From the NCBI GenBank assembly GCA_964247055.1, contig OZ176051.1, positions 4,278,001 through 4,342,000 of the forward strand: a stretch of DNA of 64,000 nucleotides. The letters run 5' to 3'. Shown here in pieces: positions 14,765 through 28,151 of this stretch; within the stretch, counting starts at the first letter, position 1; every line of letters starts with the position of its first letter. The DNA comes from Paragordius varius. Its lineage: Eukaryota; Animalia; Nematomorpha. The notes beneath the pieces were generated by a model. The model searched no databases. It was given only the letters and a program-made list of their open reading frames with translations, and was not told the origin of the DNA. The position numbers and the translations under genes were made by a program.

Positions 14765-17363
14765 TCAATTTTTCATATGAAAATCCTCCAACATTTCTTG
14801 CAAACTAAGTTTTGGTTTACTCGCATTAACCGCATCAAATTCGTCTACTTCAACATTTAAATCTTCTGAATCTCTATCTGAATCGGAATTATCAATCGTT
14901 TCTCCCATATGATTTTCCGTACATTCCGTCATAGTTTCGAATTCTGTCGTACTAAAAATAAATAAATGCAATAGGTTAAAGAGTATTTTTTTGATTTGTA
15001 AATAATTAAGTGTAAATAATATAAACAGTTTTGCAACCAACTTACTGTTTCCAAAAAAAGAAGAACTCAAATATTTATTATAAAGTGTTAAAGTATTCAA
15101 AAGTGTGTAAAAAAACTCTAGGATAAAAATAAATGAAACCATATATGAATTTCATAACGGCTGTGTTCAAAAAAATGTTAATTAATAGTGGCACATTTCA
15201 AAAAGTAGTCATTATTTAAAAAATAATGATAGTGTTGTATAATTTAATTACTATAAAAATTTTATAAACAAATTTTATTGAAAGCGTAATTGAATAAATA
15301 ATTCATGAAAATTAGGTAAAATAATAGGTAGGGCGCCGGATTACACCCCGAAACTATGCTTTTCATCATCACTGTCCGGCCTGGGCAGGCGAGTGTTAAA
15401 GTCTTCACATGTCCGAATACAATTTAAGTTCTTACCCTTTAAAAAAAGGAAAAACGAGACTCTAAATTGTATATATAGGTAAAAATAATTCTTTACAAAT
15501 GTTTATGCTATTTGTCCAATTTTTCTAAAACAAATAAAATTTCATGTTTTACCTTTCCATATCATCATTATTTTTAGATTTTCCTGATTTCTTTTTACGA
15601 TTCCGCCTTTTTGCCTTTTGTCTTTGTTCTTTTGGATAAATTTTCTTAACTACTATCTATAAAAAATAAAAATATTAAAAATAATTGATAATATTGTTAA
15701 CAAATGTTTCCAAATTAATGTTCATATTTATTTTTTTTATATATATTTACCAAATCGGGAATAGTTGAGTCTTTCATAAGGTCCAAATATCGATTATTTG
15801 CATTGTAGGTGGGAAAATGCAACCTTTACATCATGTAAAATCATTTTTTTAATCGAATCCATTATAAAAATAAAAAATAAATGTAAGACCCTGTCTAATA
15901 ATGAGATTTTATAAATATCCTAATTTAATTTACGCTGATTTATTTTTCAAAAAAGGGTTCAACTTTTAAAACATGTATAAAAGAAAAGTGTAATATTACA
16001 AAGCTGTCTAAATAAACTAAACATAAAATATTTATTCTTTTTTATCCTAATGCCCGAAAATTATGTTTATTAGTGATTATAAAATTAATATATATTTTTA
16101 CAAAAAGGAAATCATCCTTTTTTTAATTTATATTGACAAAAGTCAAAGGAGGACCCTATAACTTTTTTTTCAAATTTACCCTAAAACACAATCCCCTGGT
16201 TTGAGTATATGGCCTAAATGTGTTCGACAAAATATTAAATCATTTCCAAAAGCTGTAATATTTGAACTATTCTCATCTGTATCGCGCGTGAGCCAGCAAT
16301 CAGCCATGGAAAAACTATTGGCCTTCCCTTCAGTGTTTAGAGATAAGGACGATGATTGATTATTTCGAGGAGCATTCTTATAAAAAGTTATACATGAAAT
16401 TTCAATTGTTTAAAAAATCTGTGGAATAAATAATATTATATGTGTATATGAATAAAAAACTAATAATCGTATTTATGATTCAAAATTTTTTAGGTTAATG
16501 ACATCAGAAAGTCTTTTAAAGGTTAAACCATGAACATAAAATAAGATAAAAAAATAAAATGTAACATAATCTCTAAAAAATGATGAAAAAATAAAAAAGC
16601 AAAAGAAAAAACTAATTACGAGTAAAATTAATCAAAAAAAAAAGTTTTTACATTTATTCATATAACCCATTAATAAAGAATCTCATATTCATTCTACCAC
16701 TTGTATATACCCTATTTCAAAAAAATAAAAATCATTTAAGTCAATTTAACCATAATAAAAAATTGTAAAAACCATTTCAATATCCATGATTATAAAACGT
16801 TGTAAACGCGATTCATCTCCATCAGTTAGGGCTTCAAACCCGTAAACATTTTCAGCCTTTGCAGAACATGACGACGCATTACCCAAAAGATTATTGTAAA
16901 GGGTTGAATTAATTTCCACCGTTGTGGCGGTCAATGGGTCAACTAAATGGACACTTTTTGTAAGTTTATGACAAAGGACTATGCGATGATTAGATGGCAA
17001 TCCCAGATAACTGGCTAATCGAGCACTTAAACACACTAAACTATCTTTCGTGATGGGGATAATATCCAAACTGTAAGTCGATTTGTAATTGAATGTGTTG
17101 CTATGAATATCGTGGGAAATGAGGCGTTGCGAATATTTTGCTCTGGAGAGATGTATATAATTATAAATAAATAAACATGTTTTACGAAAGAAAAGCAAAA
17201 CCAAAATTTTGATCGGTTTCAAAATAATGTTTGGAATTCAGAACGGTTTCGGTATTTATATGGTTTATAAACGGTTTACATTAAACTGAAATCGGTTTTT
17301 CTACAAAGTTTAACCCACGAATCATTAGAATCGCCAAAAACAGGTTTCGACTCTTGTTGGTTA

Positions 17364-17417
<54 letters not shown>

Positions 17418-18970
17418 CTTAATGACAAGATGTATACGAAAAAGATGAAAAAAAACATTCGATATTATAACTTGCAAGGTATGACATTTTGAATAAAATC
17501 TGAGAATTTTCTGGCTTCATCCTTGGTCCCAAAATAAAAATCCAATCCACCTATAATAAAATGATCAAAAAATCATAAAAATGACAAATGAGTTCAATAA
17601 TATATGAAAAACAATTCATAAATAAAATTTTTTAGTCTAATTACCATGTTCTGGCTTGATACTTGAGACGTGAGTGGTAGCATTGTGCTTAAGCATAACT
17701 TGTTCCAGGTATGCAAAAGTTTTTTTAGATGTAACCTAAAAATATTAATGATATTTATATATTAACAAGTAATAGTATTTTATTTAATAACTTTTTAAAA
17801 ATAAATTTTATGTATAAATCCTTAAAGGGATTTAAGGAAATATTAAAAAATTAGAATACAAAAAATTTAAGGAATATATGTTAATATTTTTTACTTTTTG
17901 GCGAATTTGAACAACGGCCTTCCAAAAATCTTTCGCCTCACGTTTGTGGCAATCATCACACATTTGATTCATAACTATATATTCGATAACCATCGATTGT
18001 TGTAAGATGGCGCCTTCATTAACCTGTTGAAAACAATTAAAAGGATATATTTAAAGCAAAAAAGTACATAAAATATAAATTGTATATAAAAAATGAAATA
18101 GATTCGAATTATATAATTATTTTCGGAAAAAACTACTTCTTTTTGGATAACAATCTTAATTTTAATTCGTTTGGAGTGAGGTTCCGTCCAAATAAAGGAA
18201 GCATCGATTAAACGTACCTTATAGCATTAATAAGGCAAAAAACTTGATTAAGTCCTTTTAGTTTTTTCAAACAAATGGCAAGTAACTCCTTCGATTCGGG
18301 TTGACATAACACATATTGATTGTTTTGATTCATATATCTACAAAAATATATTTGCCGATAAAATTAAACTTAATAGTTACTACTAAATATAAAGTTTTAA
18401 GAATTGATTTTTGCCTGATCAAAAAACCGGCCTGAATAATTATAAAATGCCGTCGAAGGTGATACGCAAATATATTTATTTAAACTAATCCAAACAAAAA
18501 AAAGTTAAACGTTTAAAGTACATATTAATGATATATTTGAACAAAAAGTAAAATTTGTTATTCTACATAAATCTTTACCACAGACTAACTGATTGTGCGT
18601 TTAACATATATAAGTTTTTAAGTTATTTAAATAAGTGGTGATTGTCACGGTAAAGACCGGTCAGACGTAACCTTAAATAGTTATATATATTTTTTTGAAT
18701 ACAGAGATTTTTTAAATTTTTATTATTAAAAAAGAAAATTATATTTAAAGTATTACCAATTATCAAAATTTTAATTTACCTATGACATCCTTTGCACCAT
18801 TGTAAATTACTACCTTTTATAATTCCTTCGGTAATATCAATTTTAGATCTAATGCAATTGATACACATATTCGCTTGATTGGGTTCTATAGGTTGCCCAC
18901 AATCACAGCATAATCTAAAATGATTAATAAGAAAAAAATACATTTTATGAATCGGTTCTGCTATATCCAT
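14765..18970 (-). CDS. NMD3: 60S ribosomal export protein NMD3
   Basis: Exons (minus) 18970-18942, 18914-18780, 18337-18244, 18217-18137, 18023-17895, 17735-17645, 17550-17472, 17142-16773, 16376-16180, 15823-15751, 15656-15553, 14951-14765; 1569 nt, 523 codons. Motifs LCCDCGQPIEPNQANMC, VRLIDASFIWTEPHSKRIK, QMCDDCHKREAKDFWKAVVQIRQK, SQRLISHDIHSN, RTHLGHILKPGD and C-terminal KLSLQEMLEDF. Confidence 0.96.
17367..17417. repeat. (TA)n microsatellite
   Basis: Direct reading. Similar tracts occur at about 22912, 29204, 32215, 40360, 44007 and 47641. Confidence 0.9.
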
Positions 18971-19047
18971 GTGAAATTTTACTCCTAAATGAATGTAAGA
19001 TAATTTTACCCATCATCCAGATTATTTATTTTTTGAAAATCTTAAAA
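18971..19047. promoter_or_regulatory. Putative bidirectional promoter region NMD3/CLASRP (77 nt between ATGs)
   Basis: Divergent start codons at 18970 (-) and 19048 (+); both N-termini match their families. Confidence 0.6.
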
Positions 19048-22000
19048 ATGTGGGAAGAGGCACGACGTCAGGAAAAAATAATTCGGGGAGTTATGGTGGA
19101 TATTAGAAAACGTGCGGAAAGGCGAAAAGGATTTTATGAGAAAATTGTAAGATGGAAAAAATTATTTATTTTTAGAGAGCTAATCCTACACAATTTTTAC
19201 AAGTCCATGGGTTTCTAGCAAAAATCAATTTGGATTATGCCATTGTTCAGGCGGCAGAACATCCATCTAATATGTATCAAATAGATTTTTATTAAATAAA
19301 TTAGGGTCCCTTGGGGTGGAGATGAAACAATAATTGATAGATTCGATATCCGATCACATTTAGAACCAATCGATATTGCGACTTTTAAGTTTTCTATATT
19401 TTAACACCTAATATATAGGTCCAACAATCAATCTATAATGGATGATCGTCAAAATATGTATGAAAGATACAGAGTCCTAGTTCATCTTGACTCCTTAGGA
19501 AGTAAAATATTTATTTTAAATTAATATATAGCTGAAGAAGTGAAACATTTGCAACAAATTAGACTTGAGGAGGAATACCCAGAAAGAAAACTGCTGGAAG
19601 ATGCAAAAAAGTTTGATTTTCAATATTTATTTTCAGGTCCATAAAAAAGAAAAATGTAGCAATCGCCTATGATTATAATGAAGGTAAAATTTAGCCTATC
19701 AAATTTTTGAAGCTCATTTTGTTTTTGAAAGATAATCAGTTTTTAAAATTTAAAAAAATGGGCTAAAAACGCCATATAACAGAAAGAGTGTCATTTCGAA
19801 ACAGCTTTTCATATCAGCTTTTGGCTATTACTTTTATATTATATGGTTTTATGCTAATATAATGTCATATTAACCAATTTAAATTATTTATTTTATAAAA
19901 TGAGTCCTCAGAAACGTACAGATGGACCTCAAAATCTGAATCATTCTTATATTTGTATCATTATAGATTCTAACACATCAAACAGTAATAAAAATAAAAA
20001 AAAGCCGTTAAAAGCAGAAGCGATATCAGACGAAGAGGAACTTGAAAGTATAGAAGATGAAATTCAATTGAATGGAATGGGTATACTTTTTATATTAATT
20101 TATTTAATTTTAATTTATATTATAATTTTAATGAATTTTTATTTCGAGGATTTATTTTTTTCAATCTAAAAATTACACCCCGCAAGATTACAATTAACTT
20201 AGGCGGATCGAAATTAGCGTAAATTTTAATTATAAAAGTTGCAAAAAAGGTTTTATCAAGAACAATGTAATTTATAAGGTTTTTCCGTTATACTCAGTAA
20301 TTAAATTTCTAGATTCAAAATATTATAATATTTCTCAAATGATAATGAATTCTTATTAGTTAATACGCATATGAGATTTTTTTAAATTTTTTAAAGCTTT
20401 TCTATTAATTCCTTTTTGAAATTGATTATAAACCATGTATTACAAAATTGATGTTTCCATATCACAATATATTTTACTCATTCTTATATAACATATTTGA
20501 TGACATTTTATTTGAATAAATATTTCTAGAGTTCTTTATCATTTTTTTATCATGTTAGATTCGAAATTTGATTTGGATAACCTGACGCTCCCTGAACTGC
20601 AAAGTCTTGGTGCCTTATCATCAAAATATGGAATTTTGCCTGTCGATTTTATTCAGTATATTTTTTACTTTAAGCATAACTATAAATTTCACCAAAAAAG
20701 TTTGTTGAGATCCGAATACCAAAAAAGAAATTTTAACAAGCCATAATAATTCATTATATATTTCAGACATTTACCGTGGGAATTTATATTGGGATCAGCT
20801 TTCATCGCTCTAAATAATAAATTGTATTCCCATTCATGTTATTTTTATAACATCGGTTAATTTTTGTTCAATTAGTCTTAAATACATATTTGAATTACAT
20901 ATGTAACAGTTATAAAATCGTTTGATATTCACATATTTTTTTTCCCTTGTACTAGGCTAGCTCAAAAGGAAAAAGAAGATAGAGCCATATCCCGACTAAG
21001 TAAAGAAATGGAGGACGAAAAAGCCCTTTTTGCTGTATAATCATTTTTTGATGATTTTTTTTTAAAAAAATTAATATAAAACATATTTTACTAATTCATT
21101 ACCATCTTTTTATATGGGACATTATCCCAAAATTTGTATTTATTGTTCATTTTGTTAAAAGTTTTCGAATCTCTTTAATTAAAACATTTTTTGGATTTTA
21201 AACTAATCGCTGTTTTAATAGGGGAAAAAGGGTCGACGTGAACGAAAATTGCTAAAAGAAAAATGGAAGGAATCTAGAGCTTTGTCACCATCAACGATAG
21301 CTACTTATCACAAGTTTTTATTTAACTTTTTGTTGCATTTTCTATTTTATTAGATGGGCATCAAAACATAAAAAACTGGAAAATACCGAAAATAAAACGA
21401 ATCAATCAAATTCTTGATAAAATATATAAAATATCATTGGTTGGCATAAAAATGCAAAAATAACCTTTTTATCTACATATTTTCTTTATTTATATAAATA
21501 TATGACATCATACTAAATAATATTTTTAAAACGAATTTCGATGAAATTCTATTGCTCAATAGATTTTGCAATACTCATTTTTCACGAAAACTTAACGAAA
21601 GGGTATTAAAAATAGGTTAACAAAAATCACAAACAAACAAGTTTTATTATTTAAAAACGAGAAAATATATAATATTTTTTTAAATTTAGAGGTAGAGATC
21701 GTTCCAAAAGTTACGATAAAAACTCTCTAGAAAAGGAAAAAAATAATGAAAATAGTGCTTCCTCTGGAGATGAACGCATTACATATATAACAACTTTCCA
21801 AACAAATACTGCAGAAACTGGTATTTGTAGAATTCTAAATTTTCATAACAAAATATTTGTTAATTAAATATTTTAAAATAAATTATTTATAATTTTTATA
21901 TAATATTTTTAAAATTTATTTCAGATATTCCCAAACTTCCATTTGCCCCATCTGATAGGTATATTATAGATACTTGTTATTCAAATAATTTAATGCATAC

Positions 22001-25000
22001 ATTATTTTAGCAACTTTTTATTTAACTTAAAGTTATATATATTATTAAACATGCTATATTTATGCTACATTAATAATCTTGATATATTAATAAATAATTT
22101 TAAACAAAATTTATAACTTATTATCCAGCCTACAGGAGACTAAACTACTAGACTCTATAATCAAGGAAAAAACATCTAAAAGTAGTATTACCTTAAAAAC
22201 CAGTGCTTCTACTAAGCTTTTTGATAAAGACAATAAGAGCCCATCAGCCAATAAAAAATATCGAAAACATTCTTCCCAATACTCTGAATCTAGTAAAACT
22301 ACACATCATAGACATCATTGTCATAATAATAATAAGCATTCAAGTTCAACAACCCATCGGCGGACAGAAAAATCTCCACGAATGAGTCAAGATACACGTG
22401 TCATGATTAAAAGTCCGAAACGGTATTTTCTTTGCTTGTAATAATACAACTCAAATTATCATGAAAATTTATTTAAAACTAAACTATATTCAAATTACAT
22501 GTTGATATCTTTTGTTTTCGACTTTTTCCCTTCACAACACCAATTAACGACCAATATATTTTATTTAAAAAAATTTTGACTTAATTTAGACTCATAATTT
22601 TTCTTGAATAAAAAAATATCGCTTCTAAATGAAAAATAAACATTATTTTTTTTGTCCCATGTATTATTTTTATTATTAATCCCATGTGACTATATGTATT
22701 CTTGATGAAAAACGTTAAGGTACAAAGGTTCAACAAGTTACCGCGAGGAAGATAGAAAGAAAACAGATGCAATGCGTTACAAAAAGTCTAAGTTTTCACG
22801 GTCTAGAAGTCGCTCAATATCTACCAAACCGAAAATCCAAAATTCAATTAATAACTTAAAAAACGAAAATCCAACAGTTAAGGTAAATATTTTTTATAAT
22901 TTTAAATGAGTATATATATATATATATATTACAATGTTTATAGTGTCAAATACAATAATAGTTGTTTGATAAAAAAATTTAATTGAATATTAACCGTTTT
23001 TTAGTAATACAATCGTAAAATATCGAGTTTTTTATGATAATATTTTTTATTGATACATTCCATAGCGTACTCAACCAAAAAACACACATCTCTCCAAATA
23101 AAAGACTTTTTGCATAAAATTAATATCAGACTAATTTTAACATATGTCATAGAAAGCATGGCTTTTACAAAACAATAAAGAAACGATTTATGAATATTGA
23201 AAATCTATTGCTAAAATATGTCAATTTTTATTTAGACTTTAACAATGTCCGTCACAGAAAAGAACACCAGAGTAAATGAAGAAAAGTATATCTTTTGTTA
23301 ATTATTTCATTTATAATAGAGTTTGGAGCATATATGCAACAAATTTTGTATTTCTCCGATTCTAAGACGGGAAAATTGGTATTCAAAACAAATTATGATT
23401 TACCAAAAAGTTTACCTTATTTGGTTTGACCGGAAATAATTATTTGTACATTTATCAAAAACTAGCTTTCGTTAAGAATTACATTTTTATGATGTGGAAA
23501 TACCATATTTTATTATATATATATAATTATAATACTGATATAAAAACATTTTTAAGCCTTCCATTTTTATTGCTAGACTCGTTTATTTTAATTATATATA
23601 TGTATAAGCTCACTTCATATTTTTCCTCGATTTTTTTAAACTAAAAATTAATGAATATTATATTTTTTAAAAAAACGAAAAATAATAAAATTTACCTACA
23701 AATATAGATCATCTTTCCCTACGTTTTCGGAAAAACCTGTGCCAGTATTTCTTAATAATACGCCATCACCATCATCTCCTACACCTGCTAAAAGGAAAAA
23801 TGATAATTTATCTAATAAAAGCTCATCAGACGATACAAATTCATCGAATGAATCATCCGATTCAGATTCACTACACAATGTCAAGGAAAGAAAGTATTTG
23901 AACACATTTTGATAATATAAATATACCATTTACAGTTCAAATTTACCCTTGAACAATTCAAAATCACTCTAACAATTAATTGTGAAATTTTAAACTCATC
24001 ATAATTAAATATATTTTTTATAACAAAGTTTATTATTTTTTCAGTATTATTTTGATTACATACAAAATTCCTTTTTTAAAAATATAAAAAAATATAGGTA
24101 ATATTTAATCTTAAAAAACACAATTTATTTTAGGGTGAATTTGAATTGTTTAAAGGAACTCCAAATGGCATATATTTTTTGGCATAAAAATCATTTATTT
24201 TGGTTCTTCGAGGGCCAGAGGGCCATTTAATAAATTTTTGATAAATTTGAATAAGATTTTAACAAATATTTTTGAGTAGTTTGATGACTCATTGATAATA
24301 TTCTGATTTATAATTTGACATGATTAAATATTTTAATAGGCTCCAAAAAAATTTTTAAGCATTTTGATGAATAAATATTTGATTGGAGTGAAAGCATGCT
24401 TTATAGTATAGTATCGGTATTTTTATACATCTATTTGCTATTTTAGTTACCTGAATTAAAAATTTTGGAAAAAATTATGCTAAATATTGGTTTCCATGTT
24501 TTAATCTTAAAAAGTTTTGATTAACCTTTAGATTTGACAATATTTTTTTACATCAATCATTTACGCTTATTTATGCATTTTTGATTTAGATTCTCACAGC
24601 ACACTGGTTGCAAAAACATTTTTGGTAAAAATACTGCTACAAATAAAGTCAGTTATTATTTATACAATTTTCTTTCTCAAATATATTCAAGTGAATGTGT
24701 TTGTTTCAACGAAATATACCATAGAGTTTGAAATTAACGTTCGCCCTAACAATTGCATTTTTTATTATAAATATCATTTATATAAAATTTGATGATACAT
24801 TATTTTAATTTTTAGAATGATAAAACCAAAATTATTATAAACCTTTATAGCAAATGCAAATATATTAGTATATTTACGAAGTAAATATTTTTTGTTCTTT
24901 TTTAAATGAGATTTTTAATATAAAATATCGAATTTTCTTCTGCTATAATTTTCGGGTTTTCATATATTTTAATCGTTTTACCTCCAATGATAAATATTTT

Positions 25001-26371
25001 AATTCCTTCATATTAGTATTGAATTGTTTAGCATATTTATCGCAAAAGTTTCTATATTGATTTTCAGCCTAATGTTTTTTATTTCAAGAGTGTTTCAGAA
25101 TTCAACAAAAAGTTATATTTAATACCAAAGTAATTCTAATACATTTTAGAAACCATTGAATGCTATTGAACTCATGAAACAACAGACTGCGCTACTTATA
25201 AATAGGCGACGTAACTCTATTTTTTTATAATTTTTATAAATTTCGAATTATTTTATTATACTCTACACTTAAATACCTGTATGTCTAATTATAATAATAA
25301 TTCATTTTTATGATAGAATAACAGGGCAACATATTTTAAATTTTTGAAATCAGAACCCATTATAAATAATTTTATATTGACGATTGTGATAATATAATTC
25401 ATCAATTATATTTAATTATCTTTTGAAATGGTGGCAAGATTTTATCCAAATGCTATTTTTATGGAATCTTGCAAATTAGGTCGTTCTTATAAAAATACGA
25501 TTTTAAATTTGATTCCGACCTTATTATATTATGATCAATATTTTTGACATATGACTGCTAAAACATTTTTAATTTAACTAAAAAAAATTCTGCTCTAAAG
25601 TTTTAATTTCGAGCCCTGTTATAATTTTTTAGATGTGGAAAAAATAAATTGCCTATTTACCAATATTTAAAACAGTTTTTTTATGTTTCGGCTTTAAAAT
25701 TCAAAATGTTTTTTTTTCATAGAAAAAGCAGATAGAATTATGGAAAGAGAAAAAGATCGTAAAATGGAAAAGGAAAGACAAGTATTTTTATCATATGTAA
25801 CCTAACTAAGGAAAGGGAAGATAACTTGCGTGAAATGACACATAAAATGCGAAGAAAGTAATAACTTTTTTTTAAAAATTTTTTTTGAATATTTATATAA
25901 TTTCAGGATATTTCACTTAAACTACAAGGGCTTTTTTTTACCATAATTGTTAAAAAACTGGAACTAATTTTGCAAATAGAAGGGATGTTTAACAAGCTAG
26001 CACAATCATTTATAGGAAATTAAATTTTTTTAAAATACAAGGTGGTTTTTTTTTATTTATTACAAACTATCACAAATTACTTATTAGACAATAACATATA
26101 CTGCGATCAATAAAAAAATTTCTAGCTTTGCATTTAAAACCACCCTAATTTTTGCATTGACTTTCCTTATATTCTTTTATTTAGAGAAAGGGAGAAACAA
26201 CTTATAGAAGCTGGGTATGATCCTATAACGATAGCTGCAAAATTGGAGGAATTTGGCCGTTTAAGAGAACGAAGCCGATCTCCGCTTTTTGGGAGAAATA
26301 CTTTTAGAAGTCGGTCTAGGGAAAGGCGGTCAAGAAAACGTTCTTCTTCAACATCATCAACTTTGTCATAA
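19048..26371 (+). CDS. CLASRP: CLK4-associating serine/arginine-rich protein (SFRS16/CLASRP)
   Basis: Exons 19048-19146, 19176-19273, 19305-19388, 19419-19501, 19532-19610, 19637-19683, 19967-20080, 20559-20655, 20956-21034, 21222-21313, 21690-21820, 21925-21958, 22129-22422, 22720-22882, 23236-23285, 23708-23893, 25099-25111 (tentative), 25150-25210, 25723-25781, 25811-25857, 26185-26371; 699 codons. Motifs MWEEARRQEKIIRGVMVDIRKRAERRK, PTQFLQVHG, IDRFDIRSHL, YERYRVLV, ERITYITTF, EREDNLREM and an RS tail. Confidence 0.92.
23922..24173. mobile_element. MITE family F, copy 3 (CLASRP intron)
   Basis: tataccatttacagttcaaatttacccttgaacaattc ... agggtgaatttgaattgtt...aaatggcata. Internal sequence is shared with 9860-9910. 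Confidence 0.65.
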
Positions 26372-28151
26372 AGAATGTAAAAAAAAATTAGGGCTTAAAT
26401 CGTGAGAAATTGATTAAAAATGTGATTACATATATGAATAAATTTAGCTTTAAAGTTACATAATACTGTTTAGTTGAGATTTTTTGATATGTCATAATGA
26501 TGTTATAACAATTATCCACACTAAAATTGAGCTTATGGAGTTTTAAATATGATATACATGTTTAGTTTAAGGGCTAACTAATTTTTATATAGTGACAAAA
26601 AAATCATTTGGCAATTTGTTAGAAACGAAGTGATTCGATTTTTATACTAGTATATTTATCATATGTGCCATCCATCTGAACAAGCCACAGACACTAGAAA
26701 ACTTTTTAAAAAATACAAATAATCATTACTTAAAATTTAAAGAGAAACCCACGTTGGAAAAATGTTTCGATCTTCGCTCTTATTCCCATTTTTTTGGATC
26801 TGTAACCGAACCTATAAGCTTACAAAGAAAATTTGACTTTAATTAGCTTCTGCAAAATCTAAAATTTAAACATTTTGCCTTTAGGGATTGTCTTTGTAAC
26901 CCATTAACAAATAAAATTTAGTGGATGCATTTTCATCATTTTATATATTTTTTCGACCTAAGGTACGATGAAAATGCGATTATTAATGATTTTGGAGCAT
27001 AATTTTTTTTTCTAGATTTTAACCGCGTATTTATCACGATATGCATTATCCTCAAGCATTTAGCTATCGAATTATATATGATTAAAAAACATTTAGCTTC
27101 TCACGGCGCAAGACAACCTAGGTACGAAATAAAAAGCTATTTAATACTCTGCCCATATTCAAACTAAATATGAATGGACATAAATTTGGATATATAACTA
27201 TAAGTTTTCGTTAAAATGCCTAAATCCAGCATTTTAGATTAAATCAGGAACGCCGCTATCCGCAACTTTGTCTGCTGCCCTCGAAAAAACTCAAAAGTTT
27301 CACCAATTGGCTTTTGGAAATATTACATGCCTAGAAAAAATTTAAGCCGTCCCAATCCATTTTTAAAACAAACCGTTGTTTCAAATGATATAATTATTTT
27401 AGTACTATGTTAAATTTATATTTTGAATCATGTAAATATATTTAAAAATTAAGACACACATTTAATTAAATAGTAATAATAAAAATATTTTACATTTTGT
27501 TCAAACTGTATTGAAATAAAAAGGTTATATGAAATTTTAAAAGCTAAAAGCATTTGACCAAAAAGAAGCACTATCGGAACCGGAACCATTATGTCCAAAA
27601 CCATTTCTTTTCAAAAACTGTATGAAAGAATGCTAAAATAATAAATCGGAACGAAATGGTTTACGGTTTAAATCCCTGGTATATATTCGGGCAAAGTCAT
27701 TTATATATTATACCTTTCTGTATAAACAACAAATGGGTTTTTTTATTTCGACCTTTTTTTAAAAATAATGAGAATCGCATAGAATAAAATCTTTCATCTT
27801 CTGCGCTAAAATTTTTGTCTAACAGGATTTATTTTTAATTTGAATAATATTCATTGTAATATCATAATATAAACAACTGTCGTATTAAAATGAATTAAAT
27901 ATGTGGTCAATTTGTTCATAAACAATTTATATCTTATTGTCGTTAATTAAATTATTATTCGATTGTACGAAAGATATTGCGCGACCCGCTGAATATTTTG
28001 GGTCAAATATGCGGCACATGAAGCCTTTTGTGGACATTTGATTTAAATAATAAATTGAAAATTTTAAAAGACCCCACACACAAATCATTTAATAAATTAA
28101 ACTGTTAACATTAAATAATTTATTTCGGGTTATACATATAGTTTAATATTG

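Noticed and set aside
15328-15440. Resemblance to U11 snRNA (AAAGGG start, AGCATA, CCGGCGCCCT end)
   Set aside because: No proper Sm site and only scattered short matches. Kept only as an unexplained island.
23696-23929. Minus-strand acidic ORF
   Set aside because: It is the antisense shadow of CLASRP exon 23708-23893.
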